A stretch of 64,000 bases of DNA, from NCBI GenBank assembly GCA_965224705.1, contig OZ245056.1:1760001-1824000 (forward strand), given 5' to 3'. The notes beneath the pieces were generated by a model that saw only the letters and a list, made by a program, of their open reading frames with translations, was not told where the DNA came from and searched no databases. The stretch comes from Spirochaetaceae bacterium (lineage in GTDB: Bacteria; Spirochaetota; Spirochaetia; DSM-2461). Position 1 is the stretch's first letter. Every line of letters begins with the position of its first letter. Shown here one piece after another: positions 9,692-18,938 of this stretch. The position numbers and the translations under genes were made by a program.

Positions 9692-10652
9692 CGTAGAAAA
9701 GACCCCTGGCCGTGAGGATGTGATCGGGCGGTTCATAAGGATCTGGGGAACCCTTCTGGGATTCGTTCTTTTACTCTTTGTTTTCACCATTATCAGGCCC
9801 GATGTGTTTCCTTCTTTGAAAAACATCAAAAACATTGTAGAGCAGGTGGCTACCCTGACCATAGTCGCTTCGGGAGTGACGGTGGTTATGGTGACCGGTG
9901 ATTTTGATCTCTCCGCAGGGGCCATTGCCAGCCTGGTGGGAATTGTATGCGCCATGCTCATGAAGGCGGGGACCGGAACTTTCCTGAGTATTCTTGCCGC
10001 CCTTGCTCTGGGCACCGGGGCGGGACTGGTCAACGGCCTCTTCATTGCCTATGGCGGACTTTCAGCCTTCGTGGGAACCCTGGCCACCATGACTGCTTTC
10101 GGTGGAACGGCCCTGCTCATATCAGGGGGAACGACCCTCTTCGGATTATCCGAGAATTTCAAGTTTCTGGGGCAGGGGAGTGTTGGATTCGTTCCCTTCC
10201 CGGTACTGGTAATGGTGGTAACGCTGGTGGTGATTTATCTTCTGCTGGAGCAGACCACCTATGGAAGACGGCTCTACGCTATAGGGGGAAACACCGAAGC
10301 CTCCTTTCTTTCGGGAATTGATACTAAGAAGGTGCGTCTGGCAGCCTTCGGGATATCCGGATTTTTCGCCGCCCTCGGAGGGGTGGTTCTGACCAGCAGA
10401 CTCAACTCCGCCCACCCGCAGGCGGGATCTCCCTTCATGTTGAACGCCGCCGCCGCAGTTTTTCTTGGAATGACCGCTTTTAGAGAGGGAGAGGCTAACA
10501 TTCAGGGAACCCTGCTGGGAGTTTTTATCATGGGTGTGATGGGCAACGGCTTGAATATCCTGGGGATCAACTCCTATGTTCAGTCCATTTTAACTGGAAT
10601 TATCATCATTTTAGCGGTGCTGCTTTCCAGTCTGTCGAAGAAGAGAGGATGA
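9678..10652 (+). CDS. Monosaccharide ABC transporter permease
   Basis: GDFDLSAG, GRRLYAIGGNTEAS, AAVFLG motifs. Confidence 0.93.
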   Translation: MTRNNVEKTPGREDVIGRFIRIWGTLLGFVLLLFVFTIIRPDVFPSLKNIKNIVEQVATLTIVASGVTVVMVTGDFDLSAGAIASLVGIVCAMLMKAGTGTFLSILAALALGTGAGLVNGLFIAYGGLSAFVGTLATMTAFGGTALLISGGTTLFGLSENFKFLGQGSVGFVPFPVLVMVVTLVVIYLLLEQTTYGRRLYAIGGNTEASFLSGIDTKKVRLAAFGISGFFAALGGVVLTSRLNSAHPQAGSPFMLNAAAAVFLGMTAFREGEANIQGTLLGVFIMGVMGNGLNILGINSYVQSILTGIIIILAVLLSSLSKKRG

Positions 10653-11452
10653 TGAAACAGGAAATTCTGTCATTCAAAGACAGGGAGAGACATCCTCCCC
10701 TCATCGGATATCTCCCGGCTTTCTATCCCGATACGGCAGCTTATCAAGAGATGATGGGGCTCTGTTCCCTCCTGGGCCTTAGATTTATCGAGGTAGGGAT
10801 TCCCTGCGAAAACCCCTATCTCGACGGTCCGCTGATACAGCAGGCTCTGACGGCCGTTTTGAAGAGTGCACCCGACCCCTTTCGTGTCCTGGAAGACTCG
10901 GGTCGAATCATACGTACTTCGGGATTGCGGGGAGTGGCCATGATGTACAATGAAACATTGGAAACCCTATGTGTGGATTTGGTGATAGATCACTGCGGCG
11001 TAACCGGATTCGAGACGGTGCTTGTTCCCAATGTGAAGGAGAAGAACAGGAGCCGTCTCTATGATGCGTCTTTGAGAAACGGGGTGGAGATTGCAAACTT
11101 CATCAGCTTACACCAGGGAGAAGGGGAGATCCGAGAAATCGCCGCCGAAACAACGGGTTTTCTCTACCTCCAATCCACCGAGGGAAGCACGGGTGGTCAA
11201 TTCACCGGTGGTAGTGAAATGGCCGAGCGTGTCAGAATGGTGAAGGAAATTGCCGAACCCCTGGGGCTTCCGGTTGCTTTAGGATTCGGCATCAATTCTC
11301 CCTGCGATGCGGAAGAGGCAGCCGCCATCGGCGCCGATGCGGTTATTGTGGGCACTTCTTTTCTAAGGGCTGCCCAGGCAGGAAGAGATTCTCTCTCTGT
11401 TTATCTTAAGGATTTCTCCCTACACATGGAGGATGCACGATGTCCAGAATAA
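10649..11452 (+). CDS. Tryptophan synthase alpha-subunit-like lyase (stand-alone TrpA paralogue)
   Basis: IEVGIP (catalytic Glu), PYLDGPLIQ (catalytic Asp), YLQSTEGSTG loop, GFGI and IVGT phosphate-binding motifs; no adjacent trpB. Confidence 0.85.
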   Translation: MMKQEILSFKDRERHPPLIGYLPAFYPDTAAYQEMMGLCSLLGLRFIEVGIPCENPYLDGPLIQQALTAVLKSAPDPFRVLEDSGRIIRTSGLRGVAMMYNETLETLCVDLVIDHCGVTGFETVLVPNVKEKNRSRLYDASLRNGVEIANFISLHQGEGEIREIAAETTGFLYLQSTEGSTGGQFTGGSEMAERVRMVKEIAEPLGLPVALGFGINSPCDAEEAAAIGADAVIVGTSFLRAAQAGRDSLSVYLKDFSLHMEDARCPE

Positions 11453-12951
11453 TCTCCGCCGATATCGGCACAACCGCCGCTAAGGTCGCTCTGGTGGAAC
11501 TCTCGGGAAACATTGTAGACACGACGGCCCGCTCCTACCCTTTGAAAGTGAAAGGTTCATGGGCGGAGCAGAATCCGCAAGACTGGTGGACGGCCTTTTG
11601 CGGGGGAGTGAAGGAACTGATGGACCGGAATGGAGATTCTTCCCTTCAGGCATTGGTCTTGAGCGGGCAGATGCAGGACTTGATTCGCATCTCCCAGGGC
11701 GAACCGAAGGGAGACGCCATTCTATACTCGGACACCAGGGCGCGAAAAGAGTGGACCCAGCTGGCACAGGAACTGGGGGAGGATCTCTTAATCGAGAAAA
11801 CCCGAAACCTGGGGGATCCTGCCGGACTTCCTGGTAAGCTTCTCTGGCTGAAGAGTCGGAGAGAACAAATCTCCGGAGAGAGAACCATGGTTCTCCTGGG
11901 GGCTGCCGATTTTATCTGTTGGAAGCTTACGAATCGCTTTGTCACCGACTATACAAACGGTTCCACCACCGGGCTGATGAATTTCGACGACAACCGCTGG
12001 GATCCAGATATCCTTCAATATCTTGGCATATCCGAACTCAACCTGCCTGAACTTGTTTCGGCGGATGAGATTGTCGGTACTGTATCTGGAGGAGCAGCGG
12101 TAGAAACCGGACTGCCCAATGGGATTCCTGTGATCCACGGCACCGGCGATGCTGGTTCGGTCACCATCGGGGCGGGGGCCGGCATCCAGGGAATAATCTC
12201 CTGCTACCTTGGTACCTCCGGCTGGGTCGCCGTCACTGGAGAAAGTCCCGTTGATCCTACAACGGGGATTTTCAACTTAAGACATCCCGATGGAGATAAG
12301 GTTCTCAACATCGGGCCCATGCTCATGGCAGGCGGCAACGTGGAGTGGGCTTTGAGGACCTTCCTGGGGGATCACGAGGGCGACCTTTCCGAGAACGCCT
12401 TTGAACTCTACACCCGCCTGGCAGCGAAAGCGGTTCCAGGTTCAGGGGGGATTTTCTACCTCCCCTATCTCATGGGAGAGCGTTCACCCTTCCGGGATCC
12501 CGATGCCCGGGGAGCATTCATCGGAATGGGGAGAGAAACCGGTCGGGCGGAGATGTTTCGGGCGGTTCTTGAAGGGATTTCCTACTCTATGAATTCCATT
12601 TTGGGGATACTTACACCGTCGTCGCAATCGGAACGAATGATCTATCTCTCAGGCGGTGGGGCGGAGAACCCGGTATGGGCGGAAATTCTTGCTTCGGTTA
12701 CCGAAAGCATAGTCGTTACCGCCTCAAGTGCCAGGGAAACCGGAATCCTTGGAAACACCGTGATCGCCGGAAGGGCGTTGGGGCTTTTTGATTCCTATGG
12801 ACTGCCTCCCGGTTTTTTGCAGGTTGAGGAAGAGTTCTACCCAGAGAAGGAACTGGTGGATTTTTACCGGGGGGGGATGGAGATCTTTAATGGGGTCTAT
12901 CCTGCACTTAAGGAAACCTTCAGGACTGTCCCCCTCTGGTTAAATAAGTAA
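11440..12951 (+). CDS. FGGY-family carbohydrate kinase (xylulokinase-like)
   Basis: DIGTT, SGQMQ, YSDTR, GTGD, LGTS, LPYLMGERSP, RAVLEG, SGGGA motifs. Confidence 0.92.
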   Translation: MSRIISADIGTTAAKVALVELSGNIVDTTARSYPLKVKGSWAEQNPQDWWTAFCGGVKELMDRNGDSSLQALVLSGQMQDLIRISQGEPKGDAILYSDTRARKEWTQLAQELGEDLLIEKTRNLGDPAGLPGKLLWLKSRREQISGERTMVLLGAADFICWKLTNRFVTDYTNGSTTGLMNFDDNRWDPDILQYLGISELNLPELVSADEIVGTVSGGAAVETGLPNGIPVIHGTGDAGSVTIGAGAGIQGIISCYLGTSGWVAVTGESPVDPTTGIFNLRHPDGDKVLNIGPMLMAGGNVEWALRTFLGDHEGDLSENAFELYTRLAAKAVPGSGGIFYLPYLMGERSPFRDPDARGAFIGMGRETGRAEMFRAVLEGISYSMNSILGILTPSSQSERMIYLSGGGAENPVWAEILASVTESIVVTASSARETGILGNTVIAGRALGLFDSYGLPPGFLQVEEEFYPEKELVDFYRGGMEIFNGVYPALKETFRTVPLWLNK

Positions 12952-12991
12952 TAATGCCTGCGGGCATAATTATAATAATATGGAGGAGCAG

Positions 12992-13915
12992 ATGAGAAAA
13001 CTTAGTTTACTGCTTGTTGCGTTGATCCTGGCTGCTGTATTGGCAGTACCGGTTTTTGCCGGAGGGGCTCAGGAAGGAGGTGAGGCTTCAAAGACCGTAG
13101 CGGTGGTTACACCCTATATGGCCAATGCCACCACCGCCTATGTGATCGAACAGTTCAAGAAAAACGCCTCGGCGGAGGGGTGGAAGGTTAATGTCTCCGA
13201 TACCGCCGGTGATTTCGGTCTTCTGGTAAGCCGGATCGAAGACGCCGTGGCCCAGAATGTGGATGCCATCGTTCTTGGAATGGGGGATCCAGCCCAGATG
13301 ACCAGGGGGTTGAAATCCGCCACGGAGGCGGGGATCCCTGTTTTCGGTCTTGATGCGGGTCTTGCCGAAGGGGTTTTGTTAAACATTACCTCCGATAACG
13401 CCGACCTGGGAAAACAGACTGCAACTCTCCTGGCTGAGGCTATCGGCGGAGAAGGAATGGTCATTATGTACACCCATGATCCTCACCCGGGTGTAAGGGC
13501 CCGAGCGGTAGGAGCCCAGGAGGTTTTCGACAGCTATCCCGGAATTACAGTGGTCAATAAATTCCACATAGAGGTTCCCGGACCGGTGGATAACGCTCGA
13601 AAGATCACCGAAGATGTTCTTACTGCCGATAGTGCCGATGGTACCGTGGCCGGTATTTGGGCCGGATGGGATGAACCAGCCTACGGAACAACCCAGGCTT
13701 TAGAGGCGGCGGGCCGCACCGATGTAAAGGTCGTTGGTATCGACGGAACCGACTTTGCAAAGGCGGAGATTGATAAAGGCGGTCCCTTCGTGGGAACCAT
13801 TGAACAGAACTTCGATACAATGGCGGCTCAGCTGGTTGAACTGATTGGCAGCTATTTTAACGGAATCGCCCCGGAAAGTGACTGGTACCAGATTCCCGGA
13901 AAGCTGTATAAGTAA
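12992..13915 (+). CDS. Sugar ABC transporter substrate-binding protein
   Basis: Signal peptide, RbsB-like fold motifs (VVGIDG, TIEQ); GGAGG RBS before MRKL. Confidence 0.9.
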   Translation: MRKLSLLLVALILAAVLAVPVFAGGAQEGGEASKTVAVVTPYMANATTAYVIEQFKKNASAEGWKVNVSDTAGDFGLLVSRIEDAVAQNVDAIVLGMGDPAQMTRGLKSATEAGIPVFGLDAGLAEGVLLNITSDNADLGKQTATLLAEAIGGEGMVIMYTHDPHPGVRARAVGAQEVFDSYPGITVVNKFHIEVPGPVDNARKITEDVLTADSADGTVAGIWAGWDEPAYGTTQALEAAGRTDVKVVGIDGTDFAKAEIDKGGPFVGTIEQNFDTMAAQLVELIGSYFNGIAPESDWYQIPGKLYK

Positions 13916-13934
13916 ATCCCTGCGGGAAACCGCG

Positions 13935-13980
13935 ACAACAAAAGGATAGTTTTCTTAAGAGGACTGTCCTTTTGTTGTTT
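13935..13980 (+). terminator. Rho-independent terminator
   Basis: ACAACAAAAGGATAGT ... ACTGTCCTTTTGTTGT inverted repeat directly after the operon. Confidence 0.7.
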
Positions 13981-14134
13981 CAAACACCATCCATGTCGAC
14001 ACCCATGAATGCTCGTGATTTCGATGCCCGTGGGTTATTTCTTATGTACCTCTTTTCAGGAGTAGTTTCTCCGACAAAGAAATTCCCCACGAAGAAAATG
14101 TCTCAAATCCCCTTCCCATACTCTAAATTTAGCC

Positions 14135-14270
14135 CAGGAGTCTGTCTATTCTATTCACACAGTTTTTCTACTCAAAACATGGTCAGCTCTGACACAACAG
14201 TTTTGAGAAATTTCCGTTGACTGTCAGTCAGAGAGAATCGAAGATCTCTATGGACAAAACTGTTCAACTG
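14135..14270 (+). pseudogene. Possible IS5-family remnant (degenerate family A end plus N-terminal transposase-like peptide)
   Basis: CAGGAGTCTGTC end-like sequence and the peptide ERIEDLYGQN resembling IS5 transposase N-termini. Confidence 0.3.
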
Positions 14271-14365
14271 AATTCTTCTTATTTAACTATTGCGGATATC
14301 AGAAAATAAAGTGAATTGTTTCTCTCTAAAAAGATGGTAGATGGGAAATTTCTATCAGAAAATGG

Positions 14366-14393
14366 TTGACATTTACGGTAAAAAGTTTATCAT
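14366..14393 (+). promoter_or_regulatory. Putative sigma70 promoter of the R-M operon
   Basis: TTGACA-16-TATCAT. Confidence 0.55.
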
Positions 14394-14423
14394 TCATACG
14401 ATTAAACTAAGGAGAACATAACC

Positions 14424-15305
14424 CTGGAAGTCAAAACCAACTGTTATCTCGGTGATTGTGCAGAAGTATTGAAAGAGATGCCCGAAAACAGTATTGACCT
14501 TATTTTTACCTCACCTCCCTATGCCGACCAGAGAAAAAACACCTACGGTGGTATTCACCCGAAAAAATATGTTCAATGGTTCTTACCAAAATCAGAGCAA
14601 TTTTTACGAGTTCTCAAACCAAACGGGACATTTGTTTTAAACATCAAAGAAAAAGTAACTGACGGGGAGCGCAGCACCTATGTCATGGAACTGATACTTG
14701 AGATGAAAAAACAGGGATGGTTCTGGACGGAAGAATTTATCTGGCATAAGAAGAATTGTTACCCCGGAAAATGGCCCAATCGTTTTCGGGATGCCTGGGA
14801 GAGACTTCTTCAATTCAATAAAACGAAAAAATTCAAAATGTATCAGGAAGAGGTCATGGTTCCTATGGGGAATTGGGCAAAAAGCCGTCTAAAGAAATTG
14901 AGTGATACGGATAGAATTCGCGATGAATCCAATGTCGGCAGCGGATTCGGAAAAAATATCTCCAACTGGCTGGAAAGAAGTAAAGCCTATCCCACAAACG
15001 TACTTCATCTTGCCACAGAGTGCACTAATAAAAAGCACAGTGCTGCTTTTCCTGAAGAACTACCCCGATGGTTTATCAAACTCTTTACAAAAGAATGCGA
15101 CACTGTTCTGGATCCGTTTATGGGAAGTGGAACAACAAATATTGTTGCAAGCAAAATGCTAAGACATTCAATTGGAATTGATATTGTACCGGAGTACTAT
15201 GAAATGGCAAAAAAACAGATTAAACCTGTAGAGTTTTATCTTTGCGAGAAACCACCGGAGGATTATGGCAGCGCTAAAAATCGCCGACGTAGTGCAGTAC
15301 GTTGA
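14424..15305 (+). CDS. Beta-class amino DNA methyltransferase (probably N4-cytosine)
   Basis: TSPPY motif IV precedes DPFMGSGTT motif I; the frame extends upstream through YLGDCAEVL to a CTG preceded by AAGGAG. Confidence 0.92.
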   Translation: MEVKTNCYLGDCAEVLKEMPENSIDLIFTSPPYADQRKNTYGGIHPKKYVQWFLPKSEQFLRVLKPNGTFVLNIKEKVTDGERSTYVMELILEMKKQGWFWTEEFIWHKKNCYPGKWPNRFRDAWERLLQFNKTKKFKMYQEEVMVPMGNWAKSRLKKLSDTDRIRDESNVGSGFGKNISNWLERSKAYPTNVLHLATECTNKKHSAAFPEELPRWFIKLFTKECDTVLDPFMGSGTTNIVASKMLRHSIGIDIVPEYYEMAKKQIKPVEFYLCEKPPEDYGSAKNRRRSAVR

Positions 15306-16020
15306 AAAGAATATAGATGTTTTTCATGAGAAACGAATTGACAGGCTTAAATCCTTAAAGCTTAAAACTGTACTCAGCAAAAAGAACCCCTACCTTTTCA
15401 AAGCTAAATATTTTCTAACTGCAGAAGAAGTAATACGAGGTATCACAGATGCTTTTATCTCGTCAAATGAAGAGACTGTTTTTGGTGACTGGCTGGAAGG
15501 ACTTGCTATTTTCATCAATGAAAAAGTGTATAAAGGCCGAAAATCAGGAATTACCGGAATTGACATAGAATTTGATAGGGATAAAATCCGCTACATAGTT
15601 GCCATAAAATCAGGACCGAACTGGGGAAACAGCAGTCAGGTGGCAAAGATGAAATCAGATTTCAAAACAGCAATTAAAGCATTGCGCACAAGTAATTCAG
15701 GATTACACGTAACACCAATCAATGGTTGTTGTTACGGGAAAGATAGTAATCCTGACAAGGGAGATTATTTCAAATACTGTGGACAGCAGTTCTGGGAATT
15801 CATATCAGGAGATAAGAATCTATTCACTGACATAATTGACCCGCTGGGGCATAAAGCAAAAGAAAGAAATGATGATTTTCAAAAGTCCTATTCTCAAATG
15901 CTCAATGTGTTTACAAGAGAGTTTACAAATGATTTCTGTTCAAGCGATGGAGCAATTGACTGGAAGAAACTGGTCGAATTTAATTCTGCAAAAAATGAAA
16001 AAACGCCCCATAACGGTTAA
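15265..16020 (+). CDS. Type II restriction endonuclease (EcoO109I/PmeII-like family)
   Basis: KKNPYLFKAK, SSNEETVFGDWLE, GIDIEF, IKSGPNWGNSSQ; overlaps the methyltransferase gene. Confidence 0.8.
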   Translation: MAALKIADVVQYVEKNIDVFHEKRIDRLKSLKLKTVLSKKNPYLFKAKYFLTAEEVIRGITDAFISSNEETVFGDWLEGLAIFINEKVYKGRKSGITGIDIEFDRDKIRYIVAIKSGPNWGNSSQVAKMKSDFKTAIKALRTSNSGLHVTPINGCCYGKDSNPDKGDYFKYCGQQFWEFISGDKNLFTDIIDPLGHKAKERNDDFQKSYSQMLNVFTREFTNDFCSSDGAIDWKKLVEFNSAKNEKTPHNG

Positions 16021-16142
16021 TAAGTTCCTGTTGCCATTGGTCGCTCCGTTCAACAGGGAATTGCCTTTGCCATGATTTCGAGATGGAAAAATCACACCAG
16101 ATCTGCGAACAGGAAACGACACTTATTGTCAGAACGTTGTAA
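16008..16142 (+). other. attC-like imperfect palindrome
   Basis: Begins CCATAAC, ends GTTGTAA; internal arms AATAAGT/ACTTATT and TCCTGTT/AACAGGA; lies exactly between two co-oriented genes. Confidence 0.5.
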
Positions 16143-16168
16143 GCTATAAAAGGAATCTAAGATAAAGT

Positions 16169-16744
16169 ATGAAAGAAGTTGAAAACTATAGTCCTATTGA
16201 CAAAGAAGACTGGAGGAAATGGCTTGAATTAAACCATGGGAAGAAAGATGGAGTTTGGGTGGTTTTTTACAAGAAGAAATCACCGAAGTATAACCTGAGT
16301 TGGAGTGAGTCGGTTGATGAAGCACTTTGTTTCGGCTGGATTGATAGCACCAAAAAAACGATAGACAGTGAAAAATACAAACAGTATTTTTGTAAGCGTA
16401 AATCAAAGAGTAATTGGTCAAAGATAAATAAGGACAAAGTGAAAACCCTGATCGAGCAAGGACTTATGAAAGAAGAGGGCTACAAAAGCATTGAAACGGC
16501 AAAAAAGAATGGTTCCTGGACAATTCTGGATGAGGTTGAAGATCTGATAATTCCAGAGGATTTAAAAGAAGAATTAGAGAATTACAAAGGATCAACAGAG
16601 TACTTTGAAAGTCTGGGCAAGTCTGTTAAAAAAGCTTTGCTGTATTGGGTTGTTTCTGCTAGAAGAAAAGAAACAAGACAGAAAAGAATTGTAGAAATCG
16701 CAGAAAATGCAAGTGAGAATTTAAACCCCAGGCAATTTAGATAG
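16169..16744 (+). CDS. YdeI/OmpD-associated family protein
   Basis: WRKWLELNH, EALCFGWIDS, SNWSKINK, ARRKETRQKRI motifs. Confidence 0.88.
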   Translation: MKEVENYSPIDKEDWRKWLELNHGKKDGVWVVFYKKKSPKYNLSWSESVDEALCFGWIDSTKKTIDSEKYKQYFCKRKSKSNWSKINKDKVKTLIEQGLMKEEGYKSIETAKKNGSWTILDEVEDLIIPEDLKEELENYKGSTEYFESLGKSVKKALLYWVVSARRKETRQKRIVEIAENASENLNPRQFR

Positions 16745-16895
16745 GCCCAAATTCGAGTTGAGTTATAACAAAAAAATGTGGATGGGATGGCTTGCAATCG
16801 CGAAGAAAAATAATCGAAAATTTGTTATGCCGTCAAGGGATTTAAGTGAATTTAAAGTGTTCTCAGGCGTAAAGAAAAACTCGAAATCTCCCAGG

Positions 16896-17012
16896 GAGCA
16901 GATTGTCAGTGTCTCACAGCCGCATGTGAGAGTGATGGTCAGAGGAGGACTGGTAGAAAGTATGAGTTTGGAGCCAGGGTATCACTGAGTCTGAGAGGCG
17001 GTTTCAGTTCAT
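16896..17012 (+). pseudogene. IS5-family transposase fragment (frameshifted)
   Basis: QIVSVSQPHVRVMVRG then, in a shifted frame, TGRKYEFGARVSLS: the conserved IS5 core segment. Confidence 0.7.
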
Positions 17013-17054
17013 TCTGACAGGGCTGATCAGAGCCGGGAAAGCAGGAAGTTTTGC

Positions 17055-17070
17055 CAGGAGCCTATCGGAT
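17055..17070 (+). repeat. Degenerate family A repeat end
   Basis: CAGGAGCCTATCGGAT. Confidence 0.45.
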
Positions 17071-17238
17071 GTACGCCTCACGGCTCGATTTTTGCTCTTC
17101 TCTCCAGAAGTAAGCCTCCTGGGAAGTATGGATTGCAAGGAAACGTTAAGTGTTTGCGAAAATTACAGACAGGGTTCATAGATAATTCATACAGCACAGG
17201 CATATTTTGTATTCAGAATAAATAACAAGGAGTTAACT

Positions 17239-17751
17239 ATGTTAAGAATTAAGAAATCATTTATTGCTGTTCTGGTTTTATTGATTTTTGGCCGTTTCGC
17301 TGTCTTTGCTGATGCTTCGGCTTATGGAGCAAAAGGTGTTGATTCAGCCGATGGTTTGACATTGGAAGAAATGCTAAATTATGCAATTCAGGACGAGTAT
17401 TTGGCCCGGGCTGAGTATGAACTGATTATGAAGAAATATGGGGTTATACGACCATTCAGTAACATAATCCGGGCAGAACAATCCCATATTTCCTGGGTAT
17501 CCGCTATGCTTGAAAAATATGGGTTTAGCGTTCCCAAAGACACATCACAGGACCATGTTGCCACACCATCCAGTATGAAAGTGGCATTGGAAACGGGTGT
17601 TCAAGCCGAAATAGACAACATAGCAATGTATGAAAAATTTCTGACTCAGTCCGATCTTCCTATCGATATACGGGATCTTTTCCAGAGATTACAGAGAGGT
17701 TCACGGAATCATTTAAGGGCGTTTCAGAATAATTTAAGGCGTGCTGAATAA
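17239..17751 (+). CDS. Exported ferritin-like protein (DUF2202-like)
   Basis: Signal peptide; QDEYLARAEY, AEQSH, AEIDNIAMY, SRNHLRAF four-helix carboxylate motifs. Confidence 0.8.
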   Translation: MLRIKKSFIAVLVLLIFGRFAVFADASAYGAKGVDSADGLTLEEMLNYAIQDEYLARAEYELIMKKYGVIRPFSNIIRAEQSHISWVSAMLEKYGFSVPKDTSQDHVATPSSMKVALETGVQAEIDNIAMYEKFLTQSDLPIDIRDLFQRLQRGSRNHLRAFQNNLRRAE

Positions 17752-17856
17752 AAAGACTGAGATTCTGCTTCTAAAAGCTTGAGTGTATCTAAAACGTCCT
17801 TCTGGAAGATTCTGGATTGGCATTTGACGGTCGTTTGTGTGAAGTCGCTCTGGGGT

Positions 17857-17966
17857 GGTAACGAAAGTATGGAATGGGATTGGTAAAATCCGATTTGAAA
17901 GAAAAAGTGAGTGTGATACGTCTCTTTCAGTCATTATGCTGAACCTTGACAAAATCTATGATGAGA
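17857..17966 (+). pseudogene. IS5-family transposase C-terminal fragment
   Basis: RKYGMGLVK and, in a shifted frame, SECDTSLSVIMLNLDKI resemble the IS5 C-terminus. Confidence 0.55.
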
Positions 17967-18026
17967 TAATACGCAGACCCTCTTCTCCTGTCCCTGCCGC
18001 CGCGAACGCTTCCCGTGCACTGTTCA

Positions 18027-18057
18027 AGGAGCCTGTCGGACTCTCCGATGGGCATCC
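18027..18057. repeat. Family A repeat forming a degenerate hairpin
   Basis: AGGAGCCTGTCGGA-CTC-TCCGATGGGCATCC. Confidence 0.6.
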
Positions 18058-18085
18058 AGGATTTTTCCGGCGAAGGTCATTATAA

Positions 18086-18125
18086 TCTGACAATTGTTGA
18101 CAGTCGACAGTTCTGCGAGTATAAT
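18086..18125 (+). promoter_or_regulatory. Consensus sigma70 promoter with overlapping GACA repeats (likely operator)
   Basis: TTGACA(18097)-17-TATAAT(18120); TGACA, TTGACA and TCGACA repeats overlap the -35 element. Confidence 0.7.
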
Positions 18126-18215
18126 GATTCTGATTTATCCGACATCACATCATCTGCTCCTAAGACATTTCTTTAAGAGCGAAAATACCGGACATTCGTC
18201 AGACTTTCCGATATA

Positions 18216-18857
18216 ATGGCAGGATGGACATTCATACAAGGAGCCTCAATTTTGGTACGATCAGTTTATCGCACGATTCCCCATCAAATCGCAGAGGGGG
18301 TTCGCACCGACATCTACACCGGGAGATATAAGGAAAATGCGGAACTCAAGGAGCAGGATCTGGCCGATCAATTCATGGTCAGCCGCGGAACAATCAGGAG
18401 CGCCCTCATGATTCTCGTGTCCGAAGGGGTGGTCAAATCTGTACCGAATAAGGGGATGCGGGTTGCCAATCATCCATCCGGAGAAGCCCTGACTCTCATC
18501 ATCGAGCTGCGAAATCGAATTGAAGAATTCGTATTACAAGATGTTTTTCAAGTTCTTCGGGATAATCATCTTGAAGAGTGGAAGCAGATACTTATGGACA
18601 TCCAGCAGGCAAGTCAATTAGACGACCTTGAGACCTTCATTGATGCCGACATTCGGTTCCATGGCTTCCTTATCAGCCTACACCCGGACCAGCACATCCG
18701 TGACCTGTGGGAGGCGACCCGGACCCGAATGATGATGCGCTATTCCCGGCTTGAGAACCTGAAAAGTGGCTATGAGGAGCACGAACGGATATTTCAGGCC
18801 GTGCAGGCCGGGAACCTGGAGAAGGCCATCGAAAGTCTGCATCGGAATATCCTTTGA
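18216..18857 (+). CDS. GntR family regulator, FadR/FCD subfamily
   Basis: LKEQDLADQFMVSRGTIRSAL wHTH; DIRFH and EHERI FCD motifs; start could be TTG at 18252. Confidence 0.9.
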   Translation: MAGWTFIQGASILVRSVYRTIPHQIAEGVRTDIYTGRYKENAELKEQDLADQFMVSRGTIRSALMILVSEGVVKSVPNKGMRVANHPSGEALTLIIELRNRIEEFVLQDVFQVLRDNHLEEWKQILMDIQQASQLDDLETFIDADIRFHGFLISLHPDQHIRDLWEATRTRMMMRYSRLENLKSGYEEHERIFQAVQAGNLEKAIESLHRNIL

Positions 18858-18938
18858 AACATTTTGCTTAAAAGATCAGAATCAGGGCCTGCCGTTACCG
18901 AGGGTATGCATTATAAACTCTGTCAGGCACAGATTTTG

